Shown here: positions 27,201 through 41,774 of the stretch, piece after piece
How positions within the stretch are numbered: position 1 is the first letter of the stretch
Layout of the letters: the number at the start of each line of letters is the position of its first letter
Origin: Octopus sinensis
Taxonomy: Eukaryota
Length of the DNA: 64,000 bases
NCBI RefSeq assembly: GCF_006345805.1
Contig: NC_043015.1
Coordinates: 28,954,001 to 29,018,000, forward strand
Direction: 5' to 3'
Notes under the pieces: model-generated
Told to the model about the DNA's origin: nothing
Database searches by the model: none
Seen by the model: the letters and a program-made list of their open reading frames with translations, nothing else
Program-made: the position numbers and the translations under genes

Positions 27201-30200
27201 TGTTTCAGTCCAATGACTGTAGCCATGCTGGAGCACCGCCATTGAGCACCTAGGTTTCCCAAGCGGTCACCCACCTAAGTACTAACTAGGCTTGACATTG
27301 CTTAACTTCGGTGATTGGACGAGAACCGGTGCTTTCAACATGATAGTATTTTTTCCCAGTACTCTAAGAATTGTACCAATCTACCAACAGTAAATAAATA
27401 AATAAATACATGAATAGATACATTTCAAAATTTGAAATAAGTCTTACCCTTCAGGAGTTTTTCCTAAACTGCCAGCAGAAAATACTTCAGTATCACCTGT
27501 AACAACTGTCTTTGAGCTAGAATCATAAAAGACAAAAAAAAAATTAAAAAAAAAAGAAGGAAGGAATATTAATATATTTAGTGACCAAAAAAGAACAGCC
27601 AAAAAAAAAAAACAAAAACTTCAGAAATGTCCATCAAAAGAACTCATTAAGTTGTGATAACTTTTACGTTTTTTTTAAAGACTTATTCACTGTTCATTTC
27701 TTGTGCATATTCCCTGTACCATTCATGCAATTTTCATTACTTTTTCTGAGGAGTTATAGTGCATCTCAGTACTGTACACAAGTTCATTATGTATATTATA
27801 TTATTGAATCGATTTAATCTATATATATATATATAAAGCTGAAGTTGTCTGTGTGTGGAAGGTTTGGTAGCCTTCAACTAACACTATCTCCTCCGAGACC
27901 CTGCGGCACAAGTTGACCAAAATTGAGAGTATGATAGAAGAAGGCTTGCTCTTCATTCCGTAGAAGAAAAAATTCAAATCGGACCATGTTACGACCAAAA
28001 ATTATTTATATCAAAAAGGTGTTTTTTTTTCTCTGAAAATCCATATTTTTTTACAATTTTTTGACTGCTGTGTTGCCATTTTTCAGTGTATTTCAACCAG
28101 AAAAATGTTCACTTAAAGAGAATAACAAGCTACATAATGCAAAATTTTTACTTTTCAAAAATTCCAATTCTAAAGGGTCGAAAAGAAAACAAACCCGAGC
28201 AATGCCGGGCTATACTGCTAGTGAAATATAAAAGTAAGAAATGAAGAATACAAATATAAACATTGAAAAATAGCTGTCACTTACCGTTTCCCTGTAAGAA
28301 GTGTGTCAACGAGTCCTGAAACTAGAGCATCTTTTTGCTCGGAAGAACAGTTCTCATATACAAGTGATAAGCCTTTGGATGTGATGTCTTGGGTGATTTC
28401 TGTGATGGAGAAGAAAATAGGTTAAAACAAAAAGAAAAAAAAAGGAAATAGTTAACTGAAGGTGCAGCCATGACTGAGTGATTAAGAAACTAGTTTTGCA
28501 ACCTTGTGGTTCCAGGTCCCATGGGACAATGCCTTCTGATTGAATTTGGTAGGCGGAAACTGTGTGGAAGCTTATTGTTTGTTTGTGAGCGAGGGGAAGG
28601 AGGGAGGGTGGGCATGAATTCATTAGTTCGTTTGTATGTGCATGTGTGTGTTCTTTTATTCTTTTATTTGTTTCAGTCATTTGACTGAGGCCATGCTGGA
28701 GCACTGCATTTAGTCAAACAAATCGACCCCAGGATGCTCTTTGTAAGCTTAGTATTTTTTCCATTGGTCTCTTTTGCTGAACTGCTAAGTTACAGAGACA
28801 TAAACATGGACTTCGTATGTTTTACCCTGGTGTCACTTTGATGGCACGCACTGCCTTCTCACTCAATAATAATAATGACAACTATGAAGATGAAACGAAG
28901 AAATGAAATTAAATATCACAATGCATCAGCATCATTTAATCCAAAGTTTTCACTCCTTCACCCTGTTATGGGAGACATTCTTGAAATACTTACCATCATT
29001 TTCTGACAGCATTGCCATGAAAGCAGCCTGAATGTTTGGTAGACGTTTTTGCAAAGCAGGATGGGATCCACAATGTTTTACCAGAGACAACAGCCACATG
29101 CAGGCAGCCTGTATTGAATGAAAATGAAGGACGATTATAGTAAAACATGTCTGTTAGTGTGCATAAGCATGCACTCTAAAATAAGTTCTATCAACTAACT
29201 ATTTAAAGTGTTACAACAAAACACCTCAATCAATAAAATAATCTAAAAACAAGCAAACAAGATTTAAAGATGGAAGAAAAAAATAGAAAAAAAAATGGAA
29301 TAAATAAACTAAAGGAAACGCATGCACATATATCCCTTTCTCTCCACTGATGATTGTGGTAGCATATGAAACATGATGACTAATGTTAATATTTAATATT
29401 GGTCTCAAATTTTAGCACAAGGCTGGCAATTTCAGGGTAGGGCTTTAATCAATTAGACTGCCCCACCCCCCACCCCGGTGTTCAACTGGGTATTCCTCAA
29501 GGCCACTCAATGTTAGTCAAGACTAACATTGATTAGCCTTCAGAAATACCCATGTACACAATGTCTTTCTTGGCAATAATGGAGATGATTTGCTATTGCA
29601 ATTAGAAATGTGCAATTAGTGATATAAGGTTAAAAAATTCTTATTCAACTCTCCTAAGTGTCAAAATAGCTATCTTATAATAAGTAATTTATACTTCTAT
29701 AAACAAATACGAATACTGTTGCTTGGAACAAACCTGCCGTATAAATGGGTTATTTTTAACGATGTATTCATTAAGGATCTTCAACAAGTACCATTCTACA
29801 TCATCCCCTTTATCAGCTACTGATGCCTGGAAGAATAAAAAAAAACAGAAATGATTATGTTATTGCATATACATTAGAATATATTTCTTTACTACTACCC
29901 ACAAGGGGCTAAACAAAGAGGGGACAAACAAGGACAGATAAGCGGATTAAGTCGATTACGTCGATTACATCGACCCCAGTGCGTAACTGGTACTTAATTT
30001 ATCGACCCCGAAAGGATGAAAGGCAAAGTCGACCTCGGCGGAATTTGAACCTAGAATGTAACGGCAGACGAAATACGGCTACGCATTTCGCCCGGCGTGC
30101 TAACGATTCTGCCAGCTCGCCGCCTAGACATTACATTAGAAAAGTGAGTGTGTATGGTTTAGGGGTTAAGGGAAAGCATCCAAGATGGAATTTAACATTG

Positions 30201-30627
30201 CACAATAATTTTTATCTGATGTTGTCTACACGCTACATATACAACACATATTGCTCTTCAAAAATGGGAGTTTATGAAGTCTAATTGATAACCTGTAAAT
30301 CTACAAAAGGTAAATATAACTCACCTGGAAATCAGAGCTTGATGCCAACCAGGTATTTTTACGACTTGGACACTTTATTCCCTGAGCAGCACACACCAGT
30401 GCTTCTCCAATAGTTAAATGGAGGTCAATTTGTTTCGCCTGAAAACAACAATTGGATATGGTTTCTTTTTGTTTCATTCAGAGTAAGACGCATGGTTGTA
30501 GTGATAAATTATATGGTTATTGACAATTTGTCTATTTTTGGCATTAGAATTTTTTTCTTTTGCTCTTGTTTATAAGTTGTTTATATCTATATATAAGTAT
30601 GTATATATGTATATATTATAGTATATG

Positions 30628-30673
<46 letters not shown>

Positions 30674-30721
30674 TATATATTATATATATATATATATAAT
30701 ATATATATATTATAGTATATG

Positions 30722-30773
<52 letters not shown>

Positions 30774-33700
30774 GCATATTTATCATAAATTATATATATA
30801 AAGTACTAAATACCTGGACTACTCCCATCAGCCCTTCAATGACCATGTGTCTGTAAGGGAACTCTTCATCTCCAATACATAAATGTCCAAGACTCATAGC
30901 AGCACGTTCTTTATTCTAGAAGAAATAAAAAAAAAAATACAAAATTAATAAAGAAACCATTCTGAGAAAAGATATACAAGAGAATTATCACCATCATTTT
31001 TATGTCCATTGGTTTCCAAGCTTGTAGGAGTTGGGTAAGACTTATTGAGGGCAGTATTGATGCCCTTCTTGATGTCAGCCCCTACTTGTTTTCAGGTAAG
31101 GTACTTTTATCTTTTACTTGTTTCAGTCACTGGACTGTGGCCAAGCTGAGGCACTACCTTGAAGGGCTTAGTTGAACAAATCAACCCCTGTACTTGCTTT
31201 TTTTCAAAGCATGATACTTATTCTATTAGTCTCTTTTGCTGAACTGCTAAGTTATAGGAAAATAAACAAACTAACACCAGCTGTTGAACAATGGTAGAGG
31301 GAGACACACAAACACACACATTATATATATATGTATGTATGTATTTATAAATAAGGATAATATCGATATTTAAATATCGGTATTATCAAGTGGCCAGCAT
31401 GGGAATAAATACCATACAAAGGTAATAATTTTTTACGACTAAACATAAGGGTGTCTGAGAGACACCACCATGCTGAAATAGCATGAACATTTAAGGTGGT
31501 TCTTAGAGTCAGGGATTTGACTGCAATTTCGGCATGGTGGTGTCTCTCAGACACCCTTATTTTTAGTATGTATGTATAAATACACAATAGGCTTCCATAC
31601 AGTTTCCATCTATCTACAAAATTCACTCACAAGGCATTGGTTAGCACAGGGCTACAGTAGACGGCACCTGCTCAAGGCAATGCAGCATGAACCTTGAACT
31701 ACCCAAACTGCCAGACTTATTGTTAAACAAAAAGGGACATAAATGATATGTCCAAACAGTGTCAATATAAGGAGATATTTTTCCTAATGTGCATAAGCAG
31801 TGGTTAAGCAAGGCCCAGCTTCCAGAACCTGCCCTCTAGACACGGCCATTCTGAACAGAAAGTGATGTTTTGCATTTGATAGAATTACGAGGGGATAACC
31901 TGTTATGAGTTCATTCCAGATGGTCGAACCACTGATACCAACCTGTATTCCAAACAGCTGGAGGGGGATGTATGGCCACGGTGCAGCAAAAATACCTGGC
32001 ATTGGTAAACAGAAAGTGAGCTCTTCTGCAGCAAGACAACACAAGACCTCATACTACTCAAGCAGCCCAGAAATAACTCTAGGATTTTGATGGAATTGAA
32101 CTGATGTCCCATCTATGGGACCTAGCTCCCTTGCTTTATTACTTTCTTACTTTTTCCAATCTATGGGTCACTTCCAGTGCTTGCAACACTTCATCAAAGA
32201 GGAGGTGGAAGCTTCAGTGAAGGAGTTTTTTTGGCCTTGAAGGACAAGAACTGGTATCAGCATGGAGTCAAAGAACTAACAGAAAGGTGACTTCAGACAA
32301 TCCAACACGATGGCCTCTACATTGAATTCTAGTCTGCTTTTGTTGTAATTTGACGAATAAAGCAAATAAGTTAACCAAAATATTGCAAAACTCTTAACTC
32401 AACATAATATTAGAATTAATAGCTAATATTACTATGATTTTGCAATGTTATATTCATGCAACCCATGGTGGTGAAACATGGACTACAACAAAGAGAGAAG
32501 AGCAGAGATTGGTAACAGCTCAAAGAGCCATGGAAAGGTCAATGCTTGGAATCTCGTTGAACGAGCACATCAGTAGCGAGGTGATCAGAGAGAAGTCTGG
32601 CGTGAGGGATGTCATTGTAGAATATACACACAGTAAGTTTAGATGGGCTGGACACGTCACCCGGCTCACCGATAATCGGTGGACCCGTGCAGTTGTCAAG
32701 TGGTACCTGCGTGAGTGGAAACGACCACTCGGAAGGCCTCCACGACAGCGGAGTTATAATTTCAGGAGGGTGATTGGGATCACGTGGATGAGGAAGGCGC
32801 GATCCAGAGAAGAGTGGACAGCGTGCTATGACCAGCAGTATCAAATGGATGCCCAACGGACTGGTCGGTCAAGGTGATTACTATGATTTATATAAAAAAA
32901 AGAAGAAAAATTAAACCAACCTTCATAGCGTCCTTATCTCTTGTTGACTGGACAAGACTCAACAAACTCTTTACAACTGATAATTTTGTTGTTTCTTCTG
33001 AAGCTTCTTGGTTTTCACTGCCATTCGCCAACGGCAAGGGGCCACTTCTTCCGATTTCACTCAAGGCCAAACAGACCCCATGACAAAGAAGGGGGTTGCT
33101 CTCATCCAAAAACTTCACTAATCAAAGGATGAAAATAAAAATATTTGATGTGAAATTTTTATAAAAATGAAGGTATAGGTGGGAGTTGTTGGAAAATCTG
33201 TAGCTAAGGGGGTGGGAGGAATAAATTAATGCAAATAGTTTTTTTTTTATAAAAATTCAAAGCCCAGTTCATGATAAGAATTGAACAAATAACATGTGTA
33301 TGTTAGTGATTGTATGTGTTTGTGTGTACATGTGTGTGTGTGTGAATGTTTATATTCTGTGTTCTCAAAGGAAAGCATTGAGCAAAAAAAAAAAAAATTA
33401 TTACATACTGCGTGGCACCTTGGGCAAGTGTCTTCTACTATAACCTCGGGCCGACCAAAGCCTTGTGAATGGATTTGGTAGATGGAAACTGGAAGAAGCC
33501 CGTCGTATGTATATGTATATATATGTGTGTGTGTATATGTTTGTGTGTCTGTGTTTGTCCCCCCACCATTGCTTGATAACCGATGGTGGTGCGTTTACGT
33601 CCCCGTAACTTAGCGGTTCAGCAAAAGAGACTGATAGAATAAGTACTAGGCTTACAAAGAATAAGTCCTGGGGTCGATTTACTCGACTAAAGGGCGGTGC

Positions 33701-36700
33701 TCCAGCATGGCCACAGTCAAATGACTGAAACAAGTAAAAGAGTATGCTGACATATTCTAAGAAATCATACTGTAGATCTGCTTTTGAAAACAAGTGGATT
33801 AAAAGAAAATCCATCACTTAAAACAAATAAAGGTTAGCAACAGGAAATGCACCATATTCATGCAACCCATCCTAGCTTCAAGAAAAGAAAAGAGATAATA
33901 CCTAGTTTTTTAAGAGTCTTTGTCATAGCAGCATACATTTCCTTCTGACCATCTTCCTCCATGGCACCCGGCCTGCTGTTATGGCTCAGGTAGCAACTGA
34001 TGATGTACCCCAAAATCAAAATAGATGAATGCTGCAGCTGCACATTCTGAAAATAGAAAATATATTAGATAACTAGCAGTATCGCCTGGCGTTGCTCGGG
34101 TTTGTAAGGGAAAAAACTATATAAGCATTTTTAGAGAGTTACTTCCCTTATATAAACCGAGCAAAAAATGCATTAAAAATGCGAAAAAATGATGGTAAAT
34201 TTTTTTATCATCGTAGACGCGCGCTAATACCCAGAAGGGCTTGATATGAATCACGACTATAAGATACCTGCTTTTGGTTAAACTGCACTGCAAAATGTGG
34301 GAGTAGTTAGGAATCTAAATCGGAGGAGACAGACTCTCACACATACAACTTCAGTTTTATATATAAAGATTAGCAAAAAAAAAAAGAAAAAATAATAATA
34401 ATCGCCGTCGTCATCAGCATTTTAACATTCATTTTCCCCCCATGTTTGCATGGATAGGAGGGAATATGTTGAGGCAGATTTTCTACAGCCAGATACTCTT
34501 TCGTGTTGTCACGAAAGATTGGAAATGGCAGACACCACTTGCATGATAGCAACACCTGCTTACAACTATCACGAGATGTCAAGGCAAGGAGACCAATAAC
34601 ACACACATTATATATGCATGTGTGTGTGTGTGTGTGTAATGTACACACAAACACAGTGGGCTTCTTTCAGTTTCTGTCTACCAAATCCACTCACAAAGCT
34701 TTGGTCAGCCTGAGGCTATAGTAGAAGACACTTGCCAAAGACATCACATAGTGAGACTGAATCTAAAGTCATGCGGCTGTGAAGTAAACTTCCTATCACA
34801 CCAACCACGCTTGTTAGTATAATAATAATAATAATAATAGTAAAACATCTTAAATGAAACATTAAGTAATTGATGCTGAAGTTTACAATGTCAAATAGTT
34901 TCCACTTTGACATAATACATTTAAATAATGACATAACTTGCGATAAATCTTTGATCTAGGTATCCTCAATGACCACTGGTTCCATTGCTCTTTTTGTTAT
35001 CTTCATTAAGCTAAATATTTTTTGTTTTGCTTTTCTGTGTGCAGTCCTTCCCCAAAATACATAATGTATGCGGTAATGTCCTTTATTATTATTATTGTAT
35101 ATATAACATAAATCAAACATGTAGCTTTCTGTGCATTTTGTTTGCAGAAAATAAAGAAATAACAGTAATAACGTTTAATAAATGTTGCTAACTGCAAGTT
35201 ATGGATGATTTAAGGTATTTTCGTGCCCGACATCACAAAATGCGTCTAAATAAACATCCTGGACAGCAAATAGAGACTCGGACATTGCTTAGAAAATAAT
35301 TTTCATTTTTAACCTCGTATATAGTATGCACTAGGGCTTTTGACCTTTAAATTTTGGGAAAAAAATGCAGATTATACTCGAGGATTTACGGCAAGTAAGG
35401 TTGTTCCTTCTCAGTCTTCCATACAAAACATGTTTAGCTCTGGGAAAATATTACTTTATATATGGAAACAGGTGAGGACTGACAACAGGAGCATCTGGCT
35501 GCAGAGAATCTACCTCAACAAATTTTGTCTGATTCATGCAAGCATGGTAAAGTGGTTGTTGAATGATGATGATGATGAGATACCAGAGGGGGGGAAAAAG
35601 TTTTGCTTAGAAATAAAATAATGAATGTTTACTTACATTAGTATCGAGGTTTTCATAGAATTCAGATATACTCTTTACAATGGAATTATTATCTGCAGTA
35701 TTGTGTAACACAATTGAATACAATTGTGCAGCGTGTTCAGTCATATCATCTTTGGTTGAACAAGACAGACGCTATGGAAAATCAAGAAGAACATATATTA
35801 CACACAAATTTCAACATACACACACATCTATTAGCCTAATATATATATTTGTTTTAACCATATCGCACATGGAATTAAGAAGTGGGCATTTTAAACTGGT
35901 CATGTTGCATATATATGTATGTATACGTTTGTATATGTAAGTATTTGTATATGCATTTATGTTTCTCTCTGCGTATATTCCACTGATGAGGCAAAGCATT
36001 TCTAAATGCAAAGTCAGAAATCCGGGATCTGGAATTATCCAGTAATTTTTTACTAGTTTCATTTTGTCTTCTCTCCTTGTGCTATATGAACACTTAAGGT
36101 GGTTTTAGAGTCAGATCCTGGCTGCTATTTTCAGCATGCTGGTATCTTGTAGATACCCTGAGTTATAATTATATATATATATACACATATAGTTTCTATT
36201 GTTCTATTTTAGCTTGTTATACCATGTGGGCAAAGACTGAGGATTGTGTGAAGTCATTAGATTTGTTATAAAATGCTGTTTGAGTTGTTTTCATTGCATG
36301 AAACTATTAGCAGTTCATAAAAATATTTACTGTGTTTATTAAATAATATATATATATCTTACAAACAATAACTCTGAGCACCTTTTCAAACTCCACCTGT
36401 CTAACACCTGTGGACATGTTTACAAAGTCAGAAAACAGCACAGTTCCCATGACTTTTGGAAACATTTTTTCCCGCTAAGAGTTGCTGAAGCATGGAACAA
36501 ACTGCCGGCATCAGTTATTAGTTGTCGGAGCACTGCATCCTTCAAAACTTCCATGCTTCCTGAGATTCGCCAACACTACACCTGATTTTCTCCCCTCCAT
36601 ACACACACAAGCTTGTATCTGACTCATAAACTGTTCACTTTCCAGACATTTGTACATTACTGCATATGCTTTATACGCACTTTTGACAAGTTGTGGTGCA

Positions 36701-39700
36701 CCTGAGCACTGTATACAATAATTTCATTATATTATATTATATGTATATACATACATGTACAACATCAATTTTCCAGACACTGATGGCTCAGAACCTCTTC
36801 TAATTGGTACTAATGTAAGCTAATGTGCAAGTACCTGTATTTCATTTAATTGTTGAAATTTAAGGCAGTGAGCTGGCAGAATTGTTAGCACACTGGGCAA
36901 AACGCTTAGCAACATTTTGTCCATCTTTGCATTCTGATTTCAAATTCCACCAGAATCAACTTTGCCTTTCATCTTTCGGGGTCGATAGAATAAGTACCAG
37001 TTGAATACTGGGGTTGATATAGCCAACTTATTCCCCCCCACAAAACTGCTGGCCTTGTGCCGCCAAAATTTGAAATCAATATTTGTTCAATTCAGAGTGC
37101 ACTGACCAAGGAGACAACTCCTGGCTTGGAAAAATGAGTAATCTAGAAAGGCTTTGGAACCAAAGATTCTGGGAAATCTTCGTTGTACTTGTATATTAAG
37201 CTAATCAGACTGCATATTCTGTTATAAACCTCATAGAAATTTCAGTCATTCAAGACACGAATCTTTAGTGAACAGTACTTGAGAAACAGGAAAATGCAAT
37301 GCCACAATAAATACTGATTTCAAATATTAGCACAAGGCCAGCAATTTCGGGGGGTAGGAAATAAGTTAGTTACATCGATCCCCAAAAGGATGAAACACAA
37401 AGTCAACCTCAGTGGATTTTGAACATAAAGACAGATGAAAAGCCGCTAAGCGTTTTGCCTGGCATGCTAACAATTCTACCGACTCATCTTCTTCCAGCAA
37501 CTGTTACATATTGTGAAACAAAATGCTCTTTCGTATTGTCAACAGCAGATTTTTATATAAAAACTGTCCAGCATTATCATCACAGTGATTTGCTTTTGTC
37601 AGGTAAACTTAAATGATGTTACTTTATTCTCACCTTTATCCAGTCGAGTTGATTAGAGAACAAAGAAGCAAGGTAGGTTGGTGCTCCTGCTATCACTTCT
37701 AGTAAACAGTACATGAGACGTCCATCTGTATAAAATATAAACATACAACAACATGAGCAACAATGTGGAGCAAGTCAATTTCTGGCTTTTGGTTTCCATG
37801 TTCTCTCATCAATAAAGTTTTTATTTTTGTCTAAAACCTCCTTCAAATGAGCTGAATTTAATTTATACATAAACTTATTTTTTCTTTAAGCCACTGATAC
37901 CAAAATTATTTTTATGTTTCTTCGGTTTATGAAATTTAAATAAAATATCCGCAGGAGTGGCTGTGTGGTAAGTAGCTTGTTTACCAACCACATGGTTCCG
38001 GGCTCAGTCCCACTGCGTGGCATCTTGGGCAATTGTTTTCTATAGCCTCGGGCCGACCAAAGATTGTGAGTGGATTTGGTAGATGGAAACTGAAAGAAGC
38101 CCGTCGTATATATGTATATATATATGTGTATGTGTTTGTCCCCCAAGCATTGCTTGACAACCGATGCTGGTGTGTTTATGTTCCTGTTACTTAGCGGCTC
38201 GGCAAAAGAGACCGATAGAATAAGTACTGGGCTTACAAAAGAATAAGTCCCGAGGTCGAGTTGCTCGATTAAAGGTGGTGCTCCAGCATGGCCGCAGTCA
38301 AATGACTGAAACAAATAAAAGAGTCATGTCTGATCATAAGACATGGCTGTGTGATTAAGAAGTTCACTTTGCAACCAAGTGAGTTCAGCTTCAGTCTTGC
38401 TGCGTGGCACTTCGAGCCAGTATCTTTTGTTACATACTCAGACAAATGCCTTGAGTGCAACTGGCAGACAGAAACTGAGTAGATCTCCCCCACAACACAC
38501 ATGTATATGCGTGTGTGCTTGTCTTTATGTTGGTACTGCTTGTAAAAATACTGCCCCCTACTTTAGTGGCATGATAAGTTGAAATCACTAAAATAAACAC
38601 CAGACATTAAAAAAAAAAAATGACTAGAGGGGGTGATATGAAAAACTAAAACCCTTTAAAGTGATGCTCCGACATGGCCACAATTTAACTCTTGAGCCAG
38701 TACCGCCTGACTGGCCCTCGTGACGGTGGCATGTAAAAGCACCCACTACACTCATTGAGTGGTTGGCGTTAGGAAGGGCATCCAGCTGTAGAAACTCTGC
38801 CAGATCAAGATTGGAGTCTGGTGCGGCCATCTGGTTTGCCAGATCTCAGTCAAATCGTCCAACCCATGCTAGCATGGAAAGCAGATGTTAAACAATGATG
38901 ATGATGATGATGAGCAATATAAGTATTATTTTGATAACTATTTCCGAATCTGGTAGCTAACTTTAGAAACACATTAAGGAAAGTTGACTTCTTACCTCTA
39001 ATAGAGGGTAGCAATTGCTGTATAAGGTTGATGTACATGTACACAGGACCATCCAGCTTATTTGGAAGACTGGCTCCTTCATCAAGTAGCTTGATCACAT
39101 AGCTACTAATTAGTGGTGCCTGCTGCTGTTGAATGTTACTGGCCGATTCTTCACTATCTATGTTTTCTACAGCACCTGCATTGTTAGCCAAACACATCCT
39201 CAAAAACAAAATGATCTGAAAATTTGAAAGAAAGAAAGGCTTCTGTTTAAAAAGAAACAGTGACAATGTTAAGAAATGAGAGCTGGAATGTCTGATATTA
39301 TCAGGCAAGTAAATTTGTGTGGAGGAAAGAAATCAAAAGTACGAAACACTCCAAAACAGGGGTTCTCAACTGGGGTCCTAGCAAGCAAAATAGTAAATTG
39401 AGGACATACGGTAGTATTTTACGGGTCTACTCTTTTACTCTTTTACTTGTTTCAGTCATTTGACTGTGGCCATGCTGGAGCACTGCCTTTAATCGAGCAA
39501 CTCGACCCCGGGACTTATTCTTTTGTAAGCCCAGTACTTATTCTATCAGTCTCTTTTGCCGAACCGCTAAGTAACGGGGACATAAACACACCAGCATCGG
39601 TTGTCAAGTGATGTTGGATGGGACAAACACAGAGACACAAACATACACGCACATACATATATATACATATATACGACGGGCTTCTTTCAGTTTCCGTCTA

Positions 39701-41614
39701 CCAAATCCACTCACAAGGCTTTGGTCGGCCCGAGGCTATAGTAGAAGACACTTGCCCAAGGTGCCACGTAGTGGAACTGAACCTGGAACCATGTGGTTGG
39801 TAGACAAGCTACTTACCACACAGCCACTCCTGTGCATGTGTAAAAATTTTGCTTCAAATGCTTTTGTTGCAAAAAAACAGTTAAGTTTCTTTCTCCAATG
39901 TTTTGCATAGTTTAACACATTTCCAGTCATTGAAACATGTTCTCTCAAAGTGCTTATAAAATAAGCTTTGAGATTTCAGTGATGTGATTGCTTATTTTGA
40001 GAATGACATTGTAGGGTAGGTGTGAGAGGCTGGATCTAGCCAGTTTGCATATAAAACAGGTGGAATATTTTGTGCTGGATGTGTCCGATTTAAATGCTAA
40101 AGGGTTAGAAATCTATAAAAAGGAAGTAGAATGAAAAATGTAACTTACCTGTGTAAATGCTTCAGGTGAGAAAGGTAAGGTTTGATTGCCGATGACATAA
40201 CCAACCTTTGATTCAATTTTCTGTTGAGCCTGAAAAAGATGTGATAGAAAATATGTTCACAAATCTAAAATCTCTATTTACAGGTGAAATATACATAGAA
40301 GATGCTTGACCCCATGCAAAAACTGCAGGTGTTACTCAGAAGTATATTTTTACGAACTCTTGTAATGTTAGAAACCTTTCTGTATCATCAACAGGTTAAA
40401 CGATGATGATGATGACTTTGTCACACATTTACCTTGTCTTACATTCAGAGTGGGGAAAAAATCCTGTAAAAAAAAATAGAAAAAAATAAAAAACTACAGT
40501 TTATCAATTATGTACCTTATCATGAATATATTTGACCATTTCACAGAAGCTTGGGAGAGCAAATTGTTCTTTGGTCTCTTTCTTACTGTACTGTTTTGTT
40601 AAATGTAACGTCTTCATGGCTTCATTTCGGATGTCTTCTTTTCTGTAAGAAAAATAAAAGAAAATGTTTATGGTGACTACAAAACAAAAACATATTTCAC
40701 AACATTGAGCAAAGATTAGTCCTGTAAAGCGATTTTTATGCTGAGTAAGTGTAGTGTAATGGCAGATAGAATAGAATGTCTACTGATATTTAGATAAATT
40801 TCTTAGATGTTCTGAGTTCAAATCCCACCAAAAGTAGCTTAGTCTTTTAATTTGATCCTTCTATTCATATATTAACCTCTCATCATCTTTATATATAAAA
40901 TTCAAGTTGTGTGTGTGAGACTCTGTCTCCTCTGATTTAGATTCCTAACTACTCCCACATTTTGCGGTGCAGTTTAACCAAAAGCGGGTATCTTATAGTC
41001 GTCATTCATATCGAGCCCTTCTGGGAATTAGCGCACATCTACGATGAGTCTATGATTTAAAAAAAATTATCACCATTTTTCCGCATTTTTAATGATTTTT
41101 GCTTGGATTATATAAGGGAAGTAACTCTCTAAAAATGCTTATATAGTTATTTTCCTTACAAACCCGAGCAACGCCGGGCGACATAAAGCCAACCCCTTCG
41201 ATACTGCTCTTGATTCCATTGGGGGAGTCTTGTCTTCCAAATAACATTGTGACCTCATTAGTGCCAATGTCATATAATAAGTTCTCTTTTTAGATAAGTG
41301 CAAGTAAAATTTTTTATAGAAACAACTAAAGAAAACAAGGACTTATATAATAAAATTACACAGGACCTTAGCACACCATTCAATCATATTCTCTGCTCAC
41401 TGATAACACAATATCCAACACATACTCTAATTCCAAGATTTTTCTTAAAATGTGTTTTAAATATTTTATTTCTAAGTAAAAACATGAACCCCCTAAACAC
41501 ACAGCACCCTCCACAGCACTTCTATGTGGGGGTTCACAATGCCTCCCAAGCAGGTGCTCCGGCCGGAGTTAAGGGTCTCTGGCTTAGATCATGATGGTAA
41601 TACTGCTGACCGTG

Positions 41615-41646
<32 letters not shown>

Positions 41647-41741
41647 GATGATGATGATGGTGGAGGAGGTGGTGATGATGATGGTGGAGGTGATGATGAT
41701 GATGGTGGTGGTAATGATGATGATGATGGTGATGGTGGTGA

Positions 41742-41774
<33 letters not shown>

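Noticed and set aside
27245-27345. Functional 5S rRNA gene
   Set aside because: Both ends are truncated, there are multiple substitutions, no T-run terminator, and it is fused to a SINE tail.
29344-29380. CTGATGA-ttgtggtagcatat-GAAA-catg hammerhead-like core
   Set aside because: No NUH triplet in register and no helix I partner; at best a dead relic.
31784-32090. Moderately GC-rich stretch with several short overlapping ORFs
   Set aside because: No recognisable motif or fitting splice phase; probably a decayed TE that I cannot classify.
39608-39948. Recurrent ORFs such as [20 protein letters not shown] and [16 protein letters not shown] that look like a gene family
   Set aside because: Chance translations of SINE families A and C.
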